Below the pieces are notes generated by a model, which saw only the letters and a program-made list of their open reading frames with translations, was not told the origin of the DNA and ran no database searches. A DNA stretch of 64,000 bases, from positions 512,001-576,000 of the forward strand of contig CAWELD010000010.1 of NCBI GenBank assembly GCA_963809895.1, written 5' to 3'. Below, in pieces: positions 28,419-38,647 of the stretch; position 1 is the stretch's first letter, and every line of letters begins with the position of its first letter. Made by a program: the position numbers and the translations under genes. Origin of the DNA: an uncultured Gemmatimonadales bacterium. Lineage in GTDB: Bacteria; Gemmatimonadota; Gemmatimonadetes; Longimicrobiales; Gaopeijiaceae.

Positions 28419-29363
28419 TTACCGTCCGCTCCCCTCGGCGGGTCGGCCGCTGTCGAGCCAGGCGGTCCACCAGAGGTCGCGGAGCATGGCGCCTCCGGCG
28501 GCCAGTCGCTCGGCTGCGAACGCCACGTGGTCCGCCGGTGCGCGCGCCTCGGGATCATCGTCGAAGGGTGACTCCTGCTCGAGCCGGTAGAGGCGCTCCA
28601 CCTGCCGGTTCGACTCCAGGATGTGATCCATGACGGCCGATCGCACGTCGCGGAAGTCGCGCGCGGGGCGAGCCGGCATCGCGGACCGGATGTCTGGGTA
28701 GCGCACGTGCGCGCCGACGAAGCCGGTCTCGAAGCGGTAGTGGAAGTCGCGCTCCGTGGTGTATCCCCGGGGATTGGGGGCGTCGCTGCTCCAGCCGTTG
28801 AAGTGGATGGTGGTGTGCTGGGGCTGGGCCGCGTCGGTGACGTAGTGGCCGAGGATCCCGGCGTCGTTGACGATGCGCTGCTGGATCCACTCCCGCTCCT
28901 CGCCCGACGCCTGTCGCCACAGGCGCCACTCGGCGAGGAGTCGCTGGTACAGCTCCACGATCCGATAGGGCAGAAAGCCGGCATCGCGCTCCGGTCGCTC
29001 CAGCCCGGCCGCGTACAACCGGCGCACGTATTCCCAGCGCTGGGGCGCGTCCAGGGCATCGGCGGGGACGTTCTCCAGGTCGATGTAGTGGTCGTAGGAG
29101 AAGGCCTGATCCATGGCCGTGAGCTCGCGGCTGCGCCAGCGGTCGGGCTCGGGATCCAGGTAGACCAGCTGGTCGCCGGCGTCCCGGAAGAAGGCGGGGA
29201 TCCCCTCGGGCAGGGTCTCCACCGCCGCGCGGGCGGCCATCTCGTGGCCGTCGGAACCCCAGAAGAACGGCGGGGCGGAGGGAGTGGCCGCCAGCATGGG
29301 CAGCGCGAGGAGGCTCGCGAGGGCCGCGGCGGGCCGGCGTACAGGGGAGCGGAACGGGCGCAT
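28419..29363 (-). CDS. S1/P1 nuclease (phospholipase C/P1-like) family protein
   Basis: WGSDGH N-terminal motif; HYIDLE; GHYVTDAAQPQH; HYRFE. Confidence 0.8.
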   Translation of the reverse strand: MRPFRSPVRRPAAALASLLALPMLAATPSAPPFFWGSDGHEMAARAAVETLPEGIPAFFRDAGDQLVYLDPEPDRWRSRELTAMDQAFSYDHYIDLENVPADALDAPQRWEYVRRLYAAGLERPERDAGFLPYRIVELYQRLLAEWRLWRQASGEEREWIQQRIVNDAGILGHYVTDAAQPQHTTIHFNGWSSDAPNPRGYTTERDFHYRFETGFVGAHVRYPDIRSAMPARPARDFRDVRSAVMDHILESNRQVERLYRLEQESPFDDDPEARAPADHVAFAAERLAAGGAMLRDLWWTAWLDSGRPAEGSGR

Positions 29364-29469
29364 GGGGCTCGGAAGGTCGGCGGCCCTGGGGGCCGGATGG
29401 CGTTCGGAGGGTTCCTGAAGATCGCCTCTTCAGGCGCCGGCCCCAAGCGCCGGACGGGACCGCGGCATG

Positions 29470-30741
29470 TCACGCCAGGCCTGCGGCGCGGGCCTCCAGA
29501 TGGCGGCGCACCGGTGCGCTCCGGGTGCGCGCGGCCGCGAGCCCGTAGGCCCGAGCCGCGTCTTCGGGACGACCGGCCCTCTCCAAGAGCCAGCCGCGCA
29601 CTGAAGGCAGCAGGTGACCCCGGGCGAGTCCCGCGTCGTCGTCCAGGCCGTGCAACGCCTCGAGCCCGGCGCGGGGACCGTCCCGCATGCCCACCGCCAC
29701 GGCCCGGTTCAGGCGCACGACCGGAGACGGCGCCAGGCGCATGAGCACATCGTAGTGCGCCACCACGGTCGCCCAGTCGGTGTCGTCGAAGCTGGCCGCG
29801 ACGGCGTGGCAGGCCGCGATCCCGGCTTCCACGTGGTAGGTGGTGAGCAGATCGCCCCGGCCGGCCCGCTCCAGGTGGCCGAGCCCCCGGTCCCGGAGCT
29901 CCAGATCCCACGCGGATCGATCCTGCTCCGCCAGAAGCAACAGGTCGCCACGGTCGTCGGTACGCGCCGGCAGACGGCTCGCCTGCAGGAGGAAGAGCGC
30001 CAGGAGCGCATCCACCTCCGGCGCCAGGGTCGCCGGATGGGTGGCCAGGAGCCCCGCCAGGCGGATCGCCTCGCCACACAGCTCCTGACGCACCAGCGCG
30101 TCGCCCTCGCTGGCCGCGTATCCCTCGTTGAACATGAGATAGAGAACCTGGAGCACCTCTGCCCGGCGCGCCGGCAGCTCGTCGTCGGGAGGCACCTCCA
30201 GCGGCAGCGCCGACGCCCGCAAGGTGCGTTTGGCCCGGACGATGCGCTGAGCCATGGTGGCCTCGGGCACCAGGAACGCCGCGGCGATCTCCCGGGTGCT
30301 GAGCCCTCCGACGGTGCGGAGGGTGAGGGCCACCGCGCCGTCGCGGCCGAGCCCCGGGTGGCAGCAGAGGAAGACCATGGCGAGCTCGGCATCGGCCAGC
30401 GCGGAGCCTGGCCCCGGGGTGGAGCCCGGACCGGCGAGGTCCCCCAGGGCCTGGATGCGCTCCTCCAGCTCCTGGACATCCAGCTCCGCCTCCCAGCGCC
30501 CCTGCCGTCGCAACCGATCCAGCGCCCGGTTGCGAGCCACCCGGAAGAGCCAGCCTTCCGGATGGTCCGGGACACCACGGAAGGCCCAGATGCGGAGGGC
30601 GCGGATCATGGCCTCCTGAACCGCTTCTTCCGCGAGCTCCAGGCGCGCCGGGCCCAGCGCCCGTGTCAGGTCCGACACCAGCCGCCCGGCGCTCCGGCGG
30701 AAGAGGTCGTCGACCAGCTCGTGGATCACCGGGCCCGACAT
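29470..30741 (-). CDS. ECF sigma factor with C-terminal TPR/DUF6596-like extension
   Basis: AEEAVQEA, WLFRVARNRALD, CCHP, EIAAAFLV...MAQRIVRAK, YLMFNEGY. Confidence 0.88.
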   Translation of the reverse strand: MSGPVIHELVDDLFRRSAGRLVSDLTRALGPARLELAEEAVQEAMIRALRIWAFRGVPDHPEGWLFRVARNRALDRLRRQGRWEAELDVQELEERIQALGDLAGPGSTPGPGSALADAELAMVFLCCHPGLGRDGAVALTLRTVGGLSTREIAAAFLVPEATMAQRIVRAKRTLRASALPLEVPPDDELPARRAEVLQVLYLMFNEGYAASEGDALVRQELCGEAIRLAGLLATHPATLAPEVDALLALFLLQASRLPARTDDRGDLLLLAEQDRSAWDLELRDRGLGHLERAGRGDLLTTYHVEAGIAACHAVAASFDDTDWATVVAHYDVLMRLAPSPVVRLNRAVAVGMRDGPRAGLEALHGLDDDAGLARGHLLPSVRGWLLERAGRPEDAARAYGLAAARTRSAPVRRHLEARAAGLA

Positions 30742-30751
30742 CGGTCGACCG

Positions 30752-31096
30752 TCAGCCCCGGTCGAGCTCTTCGATGGCCCGCAGCTCGAGCGATCCGAAC
30801 TCGAGGTGTGGGCAACCCGCCGCCATCTCCTGGGCCTCGTCCAGGTCGGCGGCATTGAGGATCCAGAATCCTCCCACCACCTCCTTGGCTTCGGCGTAGG
30901 GGCCGTCGGTAACGCTCCCGCCCCGGAGCACCCGCGCCTGCTCGCCCTGGAGCTTGTCGCTGGTTTCCAGGTGGCCGGCTTCTGCGAGGCGTCGGCTCCA
31001 GTCGATGTAGCGTTGTATGAGCGCCTGCATCTCGGAGGGGGAGTAGCGCTCGAAGGTCTCGGTGTTGTCTCGGGCCAGCAGGAGATAGCGGGGCAT
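30752..31096 (-). CDS. YciI/DGPF-domain protein
   Basis: TDGPYAEAKEVVGGFWI; usual partner of this ECF group. Confidence 0.88.
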   Translation of the reverse strand: MPRYLLLARDNTETFERYSPSEMQALIQRYIDWSRRLAEAGHLETSDKLQGEQARVLRGGSVTDGPYAEAKEVVGGFWILNAADLDEAQEMAAGCPHLEFGSLELRAIEELDRG

Positions 31097-31258
31097 GGCG
31101 TGTAGCTCCGTTCGGGTGAATCCATCGCTCCGCCCATGGACGAACGGCCGGTGGCGATTTCGACATCGGGGCTGTTCGCCCGGTACCCGGATGGATATTA
31201 GTGAGGCCGGTGGCGCCGTTGCGAGCGCCCGGATCCTCCCAGAATCGGAGCGACACCC

Positions 31259-32233
31259 ATGCGACGAGTCCCCTGGCTCGGCCTCGTGCTCCTCGGAGGG
31301 ATCGCGTGCGCGGTCCCGGACCGCCCCGCCGAGCCGCGCGCCGGATCCACGTCTCCCGATCCGAGCCGCCACGAGGTGACGGCCGACGACGGACACCCAC
31401 TCACGGTGTGGGAGAAGCGTCCCGAAGAGGCCCCCCGGGGCGTCGTGCTGCTTCTGCACGGGCGCACCTGGAGCTCGCTCCCCGATTTCGACCTGCGGGT
31501 GCCGGGCGAGGACCTGAGCCTCATGGACGGGCTGACCGAGGCGGGGTTCGCCGTTTACGCCCTGGATGCGCGCGGGTACGGCGGCACGCCCCGCGACGAC
31601 AGCGGATGGCTCACGCCCGATCGCATGGCGCTGGACGTGACGGCGGTCCTGCGCTGGCTGCAGGAGCGGGAATCCCCGGCCCGGCGGCCTGCGCTCGTGG
31701 GATGGTCCTTCGGGTCCACGGTGGCGCACCTGGCGGCCCAGCGGCACCCGGAGCTGGTGTCGGGCGTCGTGCTGTACGGCTTCTGGAAGGACCCGGAGGG
31801 TACGCTTCCGGCGGACACGTTCAGCGGGCCGCCGCCCCGGCACTTCAACACGGCCGGCGCCGCCGCCAGCGACTTCATCGCCCCCGGCGCCATCTCGGCG
31901 GCGGCCGTGCACGCCTACGTGGATCAGGCGCTGGAGGCGGACCCGGTGCGGGTGGACATCGCGCACGTCGAGCAGTTCAACGCCCTCGACCCGGGCGCTC
32001 TCACCATGCCGGTCCTCATCCTGCAGGGCGAGCTGGATCCCATCGGGTCGACGCCCATCCAGGCGCACGAGTTCGAGGCTCTGGGCACCGGCGACAAGGA
32101 GTGGGTGGTGTTGGGGGGATGCGATCACGCGGCGCTGCTGGAGCGTTGCCGGCCGCGCTTCCTGAGGGCGCTGGCGGGGTTCGTGGGCGAGGTGACGGGT
32201 CCACGCAACTCCGAGGCGTCCGGCGGCGTCTAA
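31259..32233 (+). CDS. Alpha/beta hydrolase lipoprotein
   Basis: Lipobox IAC; DARGYG; GWSFG nucleophile; GELD; DH. Confidence 0.85.
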   Translation: MRRVPWLGLVLLGGIACAVPDRPAEPRAGSTSPDPSRHEVTADDGHPLTVWEKRPEEAPRGVVLLLHGRTWSSLPDFDLRVPGEDLSLMDGLTEAGFAVYALDARGYGGTPRDDSGWLTPDRMALDVTAVLRWLQERESPARRPALVGWSFGSTVAHLAAQRHPELVSGVVLYGFWKDPEGTLPADTFSGPPPRHFNTAGAAASDFIAPGAISAAAVHAYVDQALEADPVRVDIAHVEQFNALDPGALTMPVLILQGELDPIGSTPIQAHEFEALGTGDKEWVVLGGCDHAALLERCRPRFLRALAGFVGEVTGPRNSEASGGV

Positions 32234-32422
32234 CGGATAGTCGCCACGGACGAAGGTCGTCGGCCGGCACGCGTCGGCGTCCACTCGTCGCCCGCCCTGG
32301 AACGAAACCCTACGGGGGCGGAGTACGAAGGGATGAGGGACGAGGGTGTGGCGGGGCCGTCCAGGCCCCGAACGGAACGAGTGGGTCGCGGACCCCTGGG
32401 GTGCCGCGACGGCGAGGGAGTC

Positions 32423-32812
32423 ATGACGAAGCTGCTCATCGTGCTGCTGGGGATCAACCTGATCGCGCTGGTCGTGGTCTGGGTGCTCTATCGCAAGGCC
32501 AAGAAGGCCCAGAAGAAGCGACGCGTCGAGGCTCCCAACTCGGAATACAAGTCCCGCTACGTCCTGGACGTGGAGTCCAAGGAGCGCTGGGAGCGCCTGG
32601 ACCTCAATCGGCTGCACGAGGTCAACCGCGAAGAGGCCGAGAAGGTGCTGGCCAAGCTCAAGGCCACCAGCGTGCGGGCCCTCTCCACCCAGGAGCGGGC
32701 CTTCCTGGACCGCATGGTCGAGGCCGAGCGGCGGACGCGTCGAACCGGCGCTCGGCGCCCCGATCGCTCCGGCGGACCCCAGACCCCGACGCCCGCGCCC
32801 GGGACGTCCTGA
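32423..32812 (+). CDS. Membrane-anchored hypothetical protein (DUF6576-like C-terminus)
   Basis: N-terminal TM; KVLAKLKATSVRALSTQERAFLDR. Confidence 0.6.
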   Translation: MTKLLIVLLGINLIALVVVWVLYRKAKKAQKKRRVEAPNSEYKSRYVLDVESKERWERLDLNRLHEVNREEAEKVLAKLKATSVRALSTQERAFLDRMVEAERRTRRTGARRPDRSGGPQTPTPAPGTS

Positions 32813-32818
32813 CCTCTC

Positions 32819-33752
32819 TCAGTCCTCCGCCGGGAAGCGCTCCGCCAGCGCCCACAGGTGCTCGTAGCGTTCCCGGCACACGCGCTTGGTCGTCTCCACG
32901 TCCACCTGATCGTCCCTGAAGCGCCGCTGGCGCCGGAAGTACTCCATGGGATCGGTCCAGGTGGGCTCCTGGTTGATGCGCCAGCGGCGTCCGTCGAAGA
33001 CCTCGTAGAGCGGGAACAGTCCGCTGGACACGGCCGCGCGCACGAGCTCGACCGAGTCGCCGGGCTCCGACTTCCAGCCGGTGGGGCAGGGGGAGTGCAT
33101 GAGGAGGAAGCGCATCCCGCTCATGCCCAGCGCCGGTATCCAGCTTGCGCCGGAAATCCACGGGGTGGGCGATGGAGAGGGTGGCGGCGTAGGGGATCCC
33201 GTGCGCCGACATGATGCGCATGATGTCCTTCTTGGCCTCCTGCTTGCCGGAGGGCGTGGTGGTGGTGCGGGCGCCGGGAGGCGTGGCTGACGAGCGCTGG
33301 CCGCCGGTGTTGCCGTAGATCTCGTTGTCGTAGCAGATGTAGATGATGTTCTCGTTGCGCTCGGCGGCGGCGGACAGCGTCGCGAGCCCGATGTCGTAGG
33401 TCCCTCCGTCACCGGCCCAGCACACCACCTGTCCGCGCTCCTCGTTCAGGTCGCGGATGGCCGCCAGCCCCGATGCCACGGCGGCGGCCGAGGCGAAGGT
33501 GGTGGCCACGGTGGGCACCCCGTAGCTGGTGGTGGGAAACGCCCCGGCCGTGACCGCGCCGCAGCACGCCGGGATGGCCAGCGTGCACGTATCGCCGGCG
33601 TCGGCCAGCGCGCGGCCCAGCATGGTGAGACCCACGCTCATGCCGCAGCCGCCGCAGTTGGTGTTGCCGGCCCGGAGCAGGCACTCCTCGCTGCAGGGGA
33701 TGTCGGGCACGGTGCGGAAGGCGCCGGCGGGCGCCCGGGTCGCGGTGCTCAT
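32819..33752 (-). CDS. porB: 2-oxoacid:ferredoxin oxidoreductase beta subunit (frameshifted)
   Basis: CGGCG, AGDGGTYDIG, YDNEIYGNTGGQRS, then HSPCPTGW in a second frame; one extra base near 33135. Confidence 0.85.
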
Positions 33753-34939
33753 GCGATCACCTCCTCGCGCTTCACGCCGGTCCAGACCGGCGGGCCCGCC
33801 TCCGTGCGGGCGGCCAGGTCGTCCAGGACGTTCTCCAGCAGGCCGGGCGTGACGTCGCCGCCGCCGATCCCTACCAGGTAGTTCTGGATGAGGGGCTGGT
33901 GGGGGTGTCCCTGGAAGCTGGCGCGCACGTCCTGCCACCACACGCCGCCCAGGCCGGCGGCGTAGTCCCGGTCCAGCACTCCGATCCGGCTGGCGCCGGC
34001 CAGCACGGTCCGCAACTCCTTTTCGGGGAAGGGCCGGAACATGCGGAGCGTCACGAGTCCCACCTTCTCGCCGCGCGCGCGGCGTTCGCGCACGACCTCG
34101 CGTGCCGTGGTGGCCACCGTCGCCGACGCCACGAGCACCGTGTCCGCGTCATGGGTCTCGAAGGTGGAGAGGACGCGGCCCGGGTCGCGCCCGAACACCT
34201 CGCGGAAGGCTTCTCGTGCCTCGTCGAATACGGCCGGCACGCGTTCGAAGGCTTCCTGGATCTCCAGGCGGAGCGACGCGGTGGCGTCGGGCCACACCAG
34301 CCCCCCCAGCGTGCGCGGATCGTCGTGGTCGAGGCGGTGGGGTAGATCCAGGTTCGGAAGGTAGGCGTCGACCTGGTCCTGCGTGGGCAGATCCGTCTCG
34401 GCCTGCGTGTGGGACACGATGAAGGCATCCATGCACACCAGGACCGGCAGCAGGATGCGGTGATCCTCCGCCAGGCGGAACGCCAGCAGCGTGGTGTCCA
34501 CCACCTCCTGGTTGTTCTCGCAGTAGAGCTGGATCCAGGGAAAGTCCCGGAGCATGAGCGTGTCGCCCTGATCCGCCCAGATGTTCCAGGGCGGTCCCAA
34601 CGTCCGGTTCACGGCCACCATGACCACCGGCAGCCGGTAGAAGCCCGCCACCATGATGTTCTCCACCATGTAGGCGAGGCCGTTGGACGAGCTGGCGGTG
34701 AAGGCGCGGGCGCCGGCCAGCGAGGCGCCCAGGGTGACCCCCATGGCGCTGTGCTCGCTCTCCACCGGGACGACCTTCCCCTTGCTGAAGGGAAACGCGG
34801 CCACGCGCTCCACGATCTCCGTCTGCGGCGTGATGGGGTAGATGCCGCACGCCATCCCCCGAGCTCTGCGATTGGCCTCTCCGGCCAGGCTCAGGGCATG
34901 GCCCGCGGCGTGGTTGCCGGTCACGACCTCCAGCGGCAT
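33749..34939 (-). CDS. porA: 2-oxoacid:ferredoxin oxidoreductase alpha subunit
   Basis: YPITPQTEI, VESEHSAM, RAFTASSSNGL. Confidence 0.92.
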   Translation of the reverse strand: MPLEVVTGNHAAGHALSLAGEANRRARGMACGIYPITPQTEIVERVAAFPFSKGKVVPVESEHSAMGVTLGASLAGARAFTASSSNGLAYMVENIMVAGFYRLPVVMVAVNRTLGPPWNIWADQGDTLMLRDFPWIQLYCENNQEVVDTTLLAFRLAEDHRILLPVLVCMDAFIVSHTQAETDLPTQDQVDAYLPNLDLPHRLDHDDPRTLGGLVWPDATASLRLEIQEAFERVPAVFDEAREAFREVFGRDPGRVLSTFETHDADTVLVASATVATTAREVVRERRARGEKVGLVTLRMFRPFPEKELRTVLAGASRIGVLDRDYAAGLGGVWWQDVRASFQGHPHQPLIQNYLVGIGGGDVTPGLLENVLDDLAARTEAGPPVWTGVKREEVIA

Positions 34940-34994
34940 GGGTCCCTCCTCTATGCTCTGGGAAGCCGGCGAAGGCTCCCGGACGCTCGATGGA

Positions 34995-37244
34995 TCACAG
35001 ATGGCTCATGAAGACCACGTTGCGAGGGCACTCCGTGACGCAGATGCCACAGCCCTTGCAGTAGGCGTAGTCGAAGACCAGGTCGTGCCCCACGCGCTTG
35101 AGCACGCCTTCGGGGCAGTAGGTCACGCACAGGTCGCACTCGTTGCACACGCCGCAGGACAGGCAGCGGCGCGCCTCGCTGGGGTCCGTGAGGCCCCGGT
35201 GGACCTCCTCGAAGGTGGTGCGGCGCAGGTCCGGGGCGAGGGCGTCGGCGTGGACCGCGGGCTGACGCTCGAACAGATGCATGCGCAGGGCGTCGGGCTT
35301 GATGACCTCGTCGCGCCAGACCTCCACGTCGGAGCGCACACGTCCGGCGTCGCCCTCGGGCGCCACCTCACCGGTGAAGGTCTGGTGGATGTGGAGCGCT
35401 GCCCGCCGCCCGCTGCCGATGGCCCCGGCCACGGTACCGTCGCCGGTGGCCAGGTCCCCCACGGCGAAGACCGGCGTCTCCAGCAATCCCAGGAGCTCGG
35501 CCTTCTCACGCACCTCGGTGCCCTCCGGAAAGACGCTCAGGTCGGGGGATTGCCCCAGCGCCAGGATCACCCGTGTGCAGGGGATCTCGAAGTCCGAGTC
35601 CGGGAGCTCCACCGGACGCCGGCGCCCCGAGGCGTCGGGCTCGCCCAACTCCATGCGGCGGCACAGCAGGCCGTGGCCCGCGCCGTCGCCGTCGGCCTGC
35701 GCCACGGCCTGGAGCATGATCGGTTGCGTCAGGTAGTCCAGCACGATGCCCTCTTCCAGCGCTTCGTCGATCTCTTCGGCGATGGCGGGCATCTCTTCGC
35801 GGGTGCGACGGTAGACGACGCGCACGCTGGCGGCTCCGGTGCGGAGGGCCACCCGGGCGGCGTCCATGGCGGTGTTGCCGCCGCCCACCACGACCACCTC
35901 CTCGCCGTCGACGCGCACGCCGCCCTGGCGGGCCCGGTCCAGGAAGTCGATGCCCTGGAGCACGGTCTCCGAGTCGCCCACGCCCAGGCGCAGGCTGCGG
36001 AGCTCCTGCAGGCCCGTGGCCACCAGCACGGCATCGTAGGAGCGACCCAGCTCGAGCAGGCGGGCGCGATCCACCGGCTGGCCGGTGACGGCCTCGACCC
36101 CGAGGGCCAGGACGCGTCCGACCTCACGGTCCACCACCTCGTCGGGGAGGCGGAAGCCCGGGATGCCGCTGCGCAGCAGTCCGCCCAGCTCGGGACCGGA
36201 CTCGTAGACGGTGACCCCGTAGCCGAATCGGGCCAGGTGGTAGGCGGCGGTGAGGCCCGCCGGTCCCGAGCCCACCACGGCGACCCGTTCGGGCCGGGGC
36301 TCCGTGCGGACCGGCTCGGCATGGCCGTGGTCGCCGGCGTAACGCTCGAGTTGACGCACGTTGACGGCGCCGTCGAGCTGGATGCGGTTGCACGACGCCA
36401 TGCACGGCGCCGGACACACCCGGCCGCACACGGCGGGGAACGGTGAGGTGCGCAGCAGGATCTCCAGGGCGTCGTCGGGCCGGTCGTCGGCCAGGGCGTG
36501 CAGGAAGCCCTGCACGTCGTTGCCGGCGGGGCAGACGTGGTTGCAAGGCGGCACGTACTGCTGGCGGCGCGGCTGCTCCGTGGCCCACTGCCCCGTACGA
36601 ATGGCCGGCGCTGCGCCCCCGGCCCCGTCGAGGAAGCCCGGGAGCCTGGCGGGCGGCTCGGGACGCGGGTGGGAGACCTTCCGCTCCGCAGGGGTGTGCG
36701 GCGCCCCCAGGAGTACTGCGTGGAAGGCCTCCCGAGCCGCCTCTACGTTGCCGCCGCCGAAGCCCAGGTGCTCCAGCGCCGCCAGCATCTCGTCCAGGGG
36801 AAAGTCCAGCAGACGTGCCACCGCACCCGCCAGCGCGGTGTTGACGATGGGCACGCTGCGGGTCCCCAGCTTGTGACGGAGCGCCAGCGCGGTGCCGTCC
36901 ACCGTGGCGATGCGCGCCGTGGGGAACGACGACGCCAGCGACGCGGGCGGCGCATCGGTGTTGAGCAGGATCCAGCCCCCGGGCACCAGGCCCGTGGCCA
37001 CCGTCGGCCCCACCAGGGTGGCGTCCAGCACCACCACGTGGTCGGGCTCGTAGATCAGGTTGCGGTCGGTGATGGGGTCGTCGGAGAACCTGCAGAAGGC
37101 CTGGATCGGGGCGCCGGAGCGTTCGGCGGCGTAGAGCCCGAAGGCCTGAACGGATTGTCCGCGGAGAAAGCGGGAGGTGGCGATGAGTTTCGCCAGGGTC
37201 ACACCGCCCTGGCCTCCGCGTCCGTGGATCCGGATTTCGACCAT
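34995..37244 (-). CDS. Fusion of POR gamma subunit, GltD/SudA-like FAD/NAD(P) oxidoreductase and 2[4Fe-4S] ferredoxin (delta-like)
   Basis: IRIHGRGGQG; PCNHVCPAG, CGRVCPAPC, GSGPAG, GGGNTAMD; CxxCxxCxxxCP motifs including YCKGCGICVTECP. Confidence 0.88.
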   Translation of the reverse strand: MVEIRIHGRGGQGGVTLAKLIATSRFLRGQSVQAFGLYAAERSGAPIQAFCRFSDDPITDRNLIYEPDHVVVLDATLVGPTVATGLVPGGWILLNTDAPPASLASSFPTARIATVDGTALALRHKLGTRSVPIVNTALAGAVARLLDFPLDEMLAALEHLGFGGGNVEAAREAFHAVLLGAPHTPAERKVSHPRPEPPARLPGFLDGAGGAAPAIRTGQWATEQPRRQQYVPPCNHVCPAGNDVQGFLHALADDRPDDALEILLRTSPFPAVCGRVCPAPCMASCNRIQLDGAVNVRQLERYAGDHGHAEPVRTEPRPERVAVVGSGPAGLTAAYHLARFGYGVTVYESGPELGGLLRSGIPGFRLPDEVVDREVGRVLALGVEAVTGQPVDRARLLELGRSYDAVLVATGLQELRSLRLGVGDSETVLQGIDFLDRARQGGVRVDGEEVVVVGGGNTAMDAARVALRTGAASVRVVYRRTREEMPAIAEEIDEALEEGIVLDYLTQPIMLQAVAQADGDGAGHGLLCRRMELGEPDASGRRRPVELPDSDFEIPCTRVILALGQSPDLSVFPEGTEVREKAELLGLLETPVFAVGDLATGDGTVAGAIGSGRRAALHIHQTFTGEVAPEGDAGRVRSDVEVWRDEVIKPDALRMHLFERQPAVHADALAPDLRRTTFEEVHRGLTDPSEARRCLSCGVCNECDLCVTYCPEGVLKRVGHDLVFDYAYCKGCGICVTECPRNVVFMSHL

Positions 37245-37365
37245 GAGTTCCCTCCTCGGGCGGGGAGGGAAGGCCGGGAGGGAGGCCGGAGGAGCCCGAG
37301 CGTCAGTGGTGAATCGCTATTCGAAGATGGGGCATCCGGCCCTCGGTGGAAACAGGCTTGATCGT

Positions 37366-37839
37366 TCAGCCGCCGGCCCGTCGCCACACCATGGCTCCCC
37401 CGGTGAGCGTAAGGTACACGGCCAGTGCGAGATGGCCGCGGCCGAGGAGCTCCGTGCGGGCGCTGACCAGCAGGTCCGGCGGAAAGAGACCCGGCGGAGC
37501 CGCCACCGCCCGGAGCCAGGCCAGCAGGAGGTTCATGGTCACGATCGCGGCGATCCCCAGCGCCAGGTGGAGCGTCACGGGACGAACGATGTCGGCGCGG
37601 GTCAGAGGCCAGCGAGCGGCTGCCCACAGCGCCACCAGAGTGGCGGGAATCCACGGCAGGGCGTTGAGGAGCTGAAGCCGGACGAGCAGCGGAAAGGGGA
37701 GAGGAGCCTGTCCGGCGCCACCGGCCAGGTGGATGCGCGCCGCCGAGATCAGCGCCACGGTGATCCAGGCCGCGGTGAGGGCCAGGGCGCCTCGCCAGGG
37801 GAAGCCGGTGGGACGCGGGGAGGAGTCGGGGGTGACCAT
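37366..37839 (-). CDS. Small membrane protein (about 4 TM)
   Basis: Hydrophobic segments resembling the TM region of LytS-type sensors. Confidence 0.5.
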   Translation of the reverse strand: MVTPDSSPRPTGFPWRGALALTAAWITVALISAARIHLAGGAGQAPLPFPLLVRLQLLNALPWIPATLVALWAAARWPLTRADIVRPVTLHLALGIAAIVTMNLLLAWLRAVAAPPGLFPPDLLVSARTELLGRGHLALAVYLTLTGGAMVWRRAGG

Positions 37840-37993
37840 GGCCCGGATTCTGGCGTGTGGGCCGTGGTGCGCCAAGGTCGGTGCACGCGGCGGGGCCGCT
37901 GAGCCGGACGGAGCCTGTCCCCCGACAACGACCGCGCGGGCGACCGTACCTCCGGCCGCCCGCGCGTCTCCGTCCGAGCCGTCGCGAGGCGCG

Positions 37994-38497
37994 TCAGCGC
38001 ATGTTCGGCGGCAGCAGGACCTTGTTGATGACGTGGATGACACCGTTGGACGCCTGCACGTCGGCGGCCACCACCTTCGCGTCGTTGATCATGACGCTGC
38101 CGTCATGGGTCATGATGTCGATGGAGGCGCCGTTCACCGTCTTGGCCTCGGACAGCTTCACCACCTGGCCCGACATGACCTCACCGGGCACGACGTGATA
38201 GGTCAGGACGGCGGTGAGCTTCTCCTTGTCGGCCAGCAGCGCGTCGAGGGTTCCGGCCGGAAGCGCGGCGAACGCCTCGTCGGTGGGCGCGAAGACGGTG
38301 AAGGGACCGTCGCCCTTGAGGACGTCGACCAGCCCGGCGGCCTGCAGCGCCGTGGCGAGGGTGCTGAAGTTGCCGGCGGCCACGGCCGTGTCGACGATGT
38401 CCTTGTCGTTGTTGGCCATCTGGGCCGACGCGGCTGCGGGAACGAGCGCCAGAAGGGCCAGCGCGGCGCCCATGGCGAAGCGATGTGAGCGAGTCAT
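37994..38497 (-). CDS. Fasciclin (FAS1) domain secreted protein
   Basis: [28 protein letters not shown]. Confidence 0.92.
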   Translation of the reverse strand: MTRSHRFAMGAALALLALVPAAASAQMANNDKDIVDTAVAAGNFSTLATALQAAGLVDVLKGDGPFTVFAPTDEAFAALPAGTLDALLADKEKLTAVLTYHVVPGEVMSGQVVKLSEAKTVNGASIDIMTHDGSVMINDAKVVAADVQASNGVIHVINKVLLPPNMR

Positions 38498-38540
38498 GAC
38501 AGCTCTCCGGATGAGGTGTGGAAGGTGCCGCAAGGCACCA

Positions 38541-38630
38541 CTTGTACAGCGAATGTGCAACTATGGTAGTGACGTTCTTGGAGGATGTCAAGGGTTTGTG
38601 CAATGTTTAGTTTGACGTGAGTTGTACAGA
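38541..38630. promoter_or_regulatory. Divergent promoter with putative CarH/LitR operator
   Basis: TGTnnA motifs at 38543/38554 and 38586/38597 (11-bp spacing), plus 38604 and 38623. Confidence 0.55.
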
Positions 38631-38647
38631 CCCCTAGCTTCTCAGTC

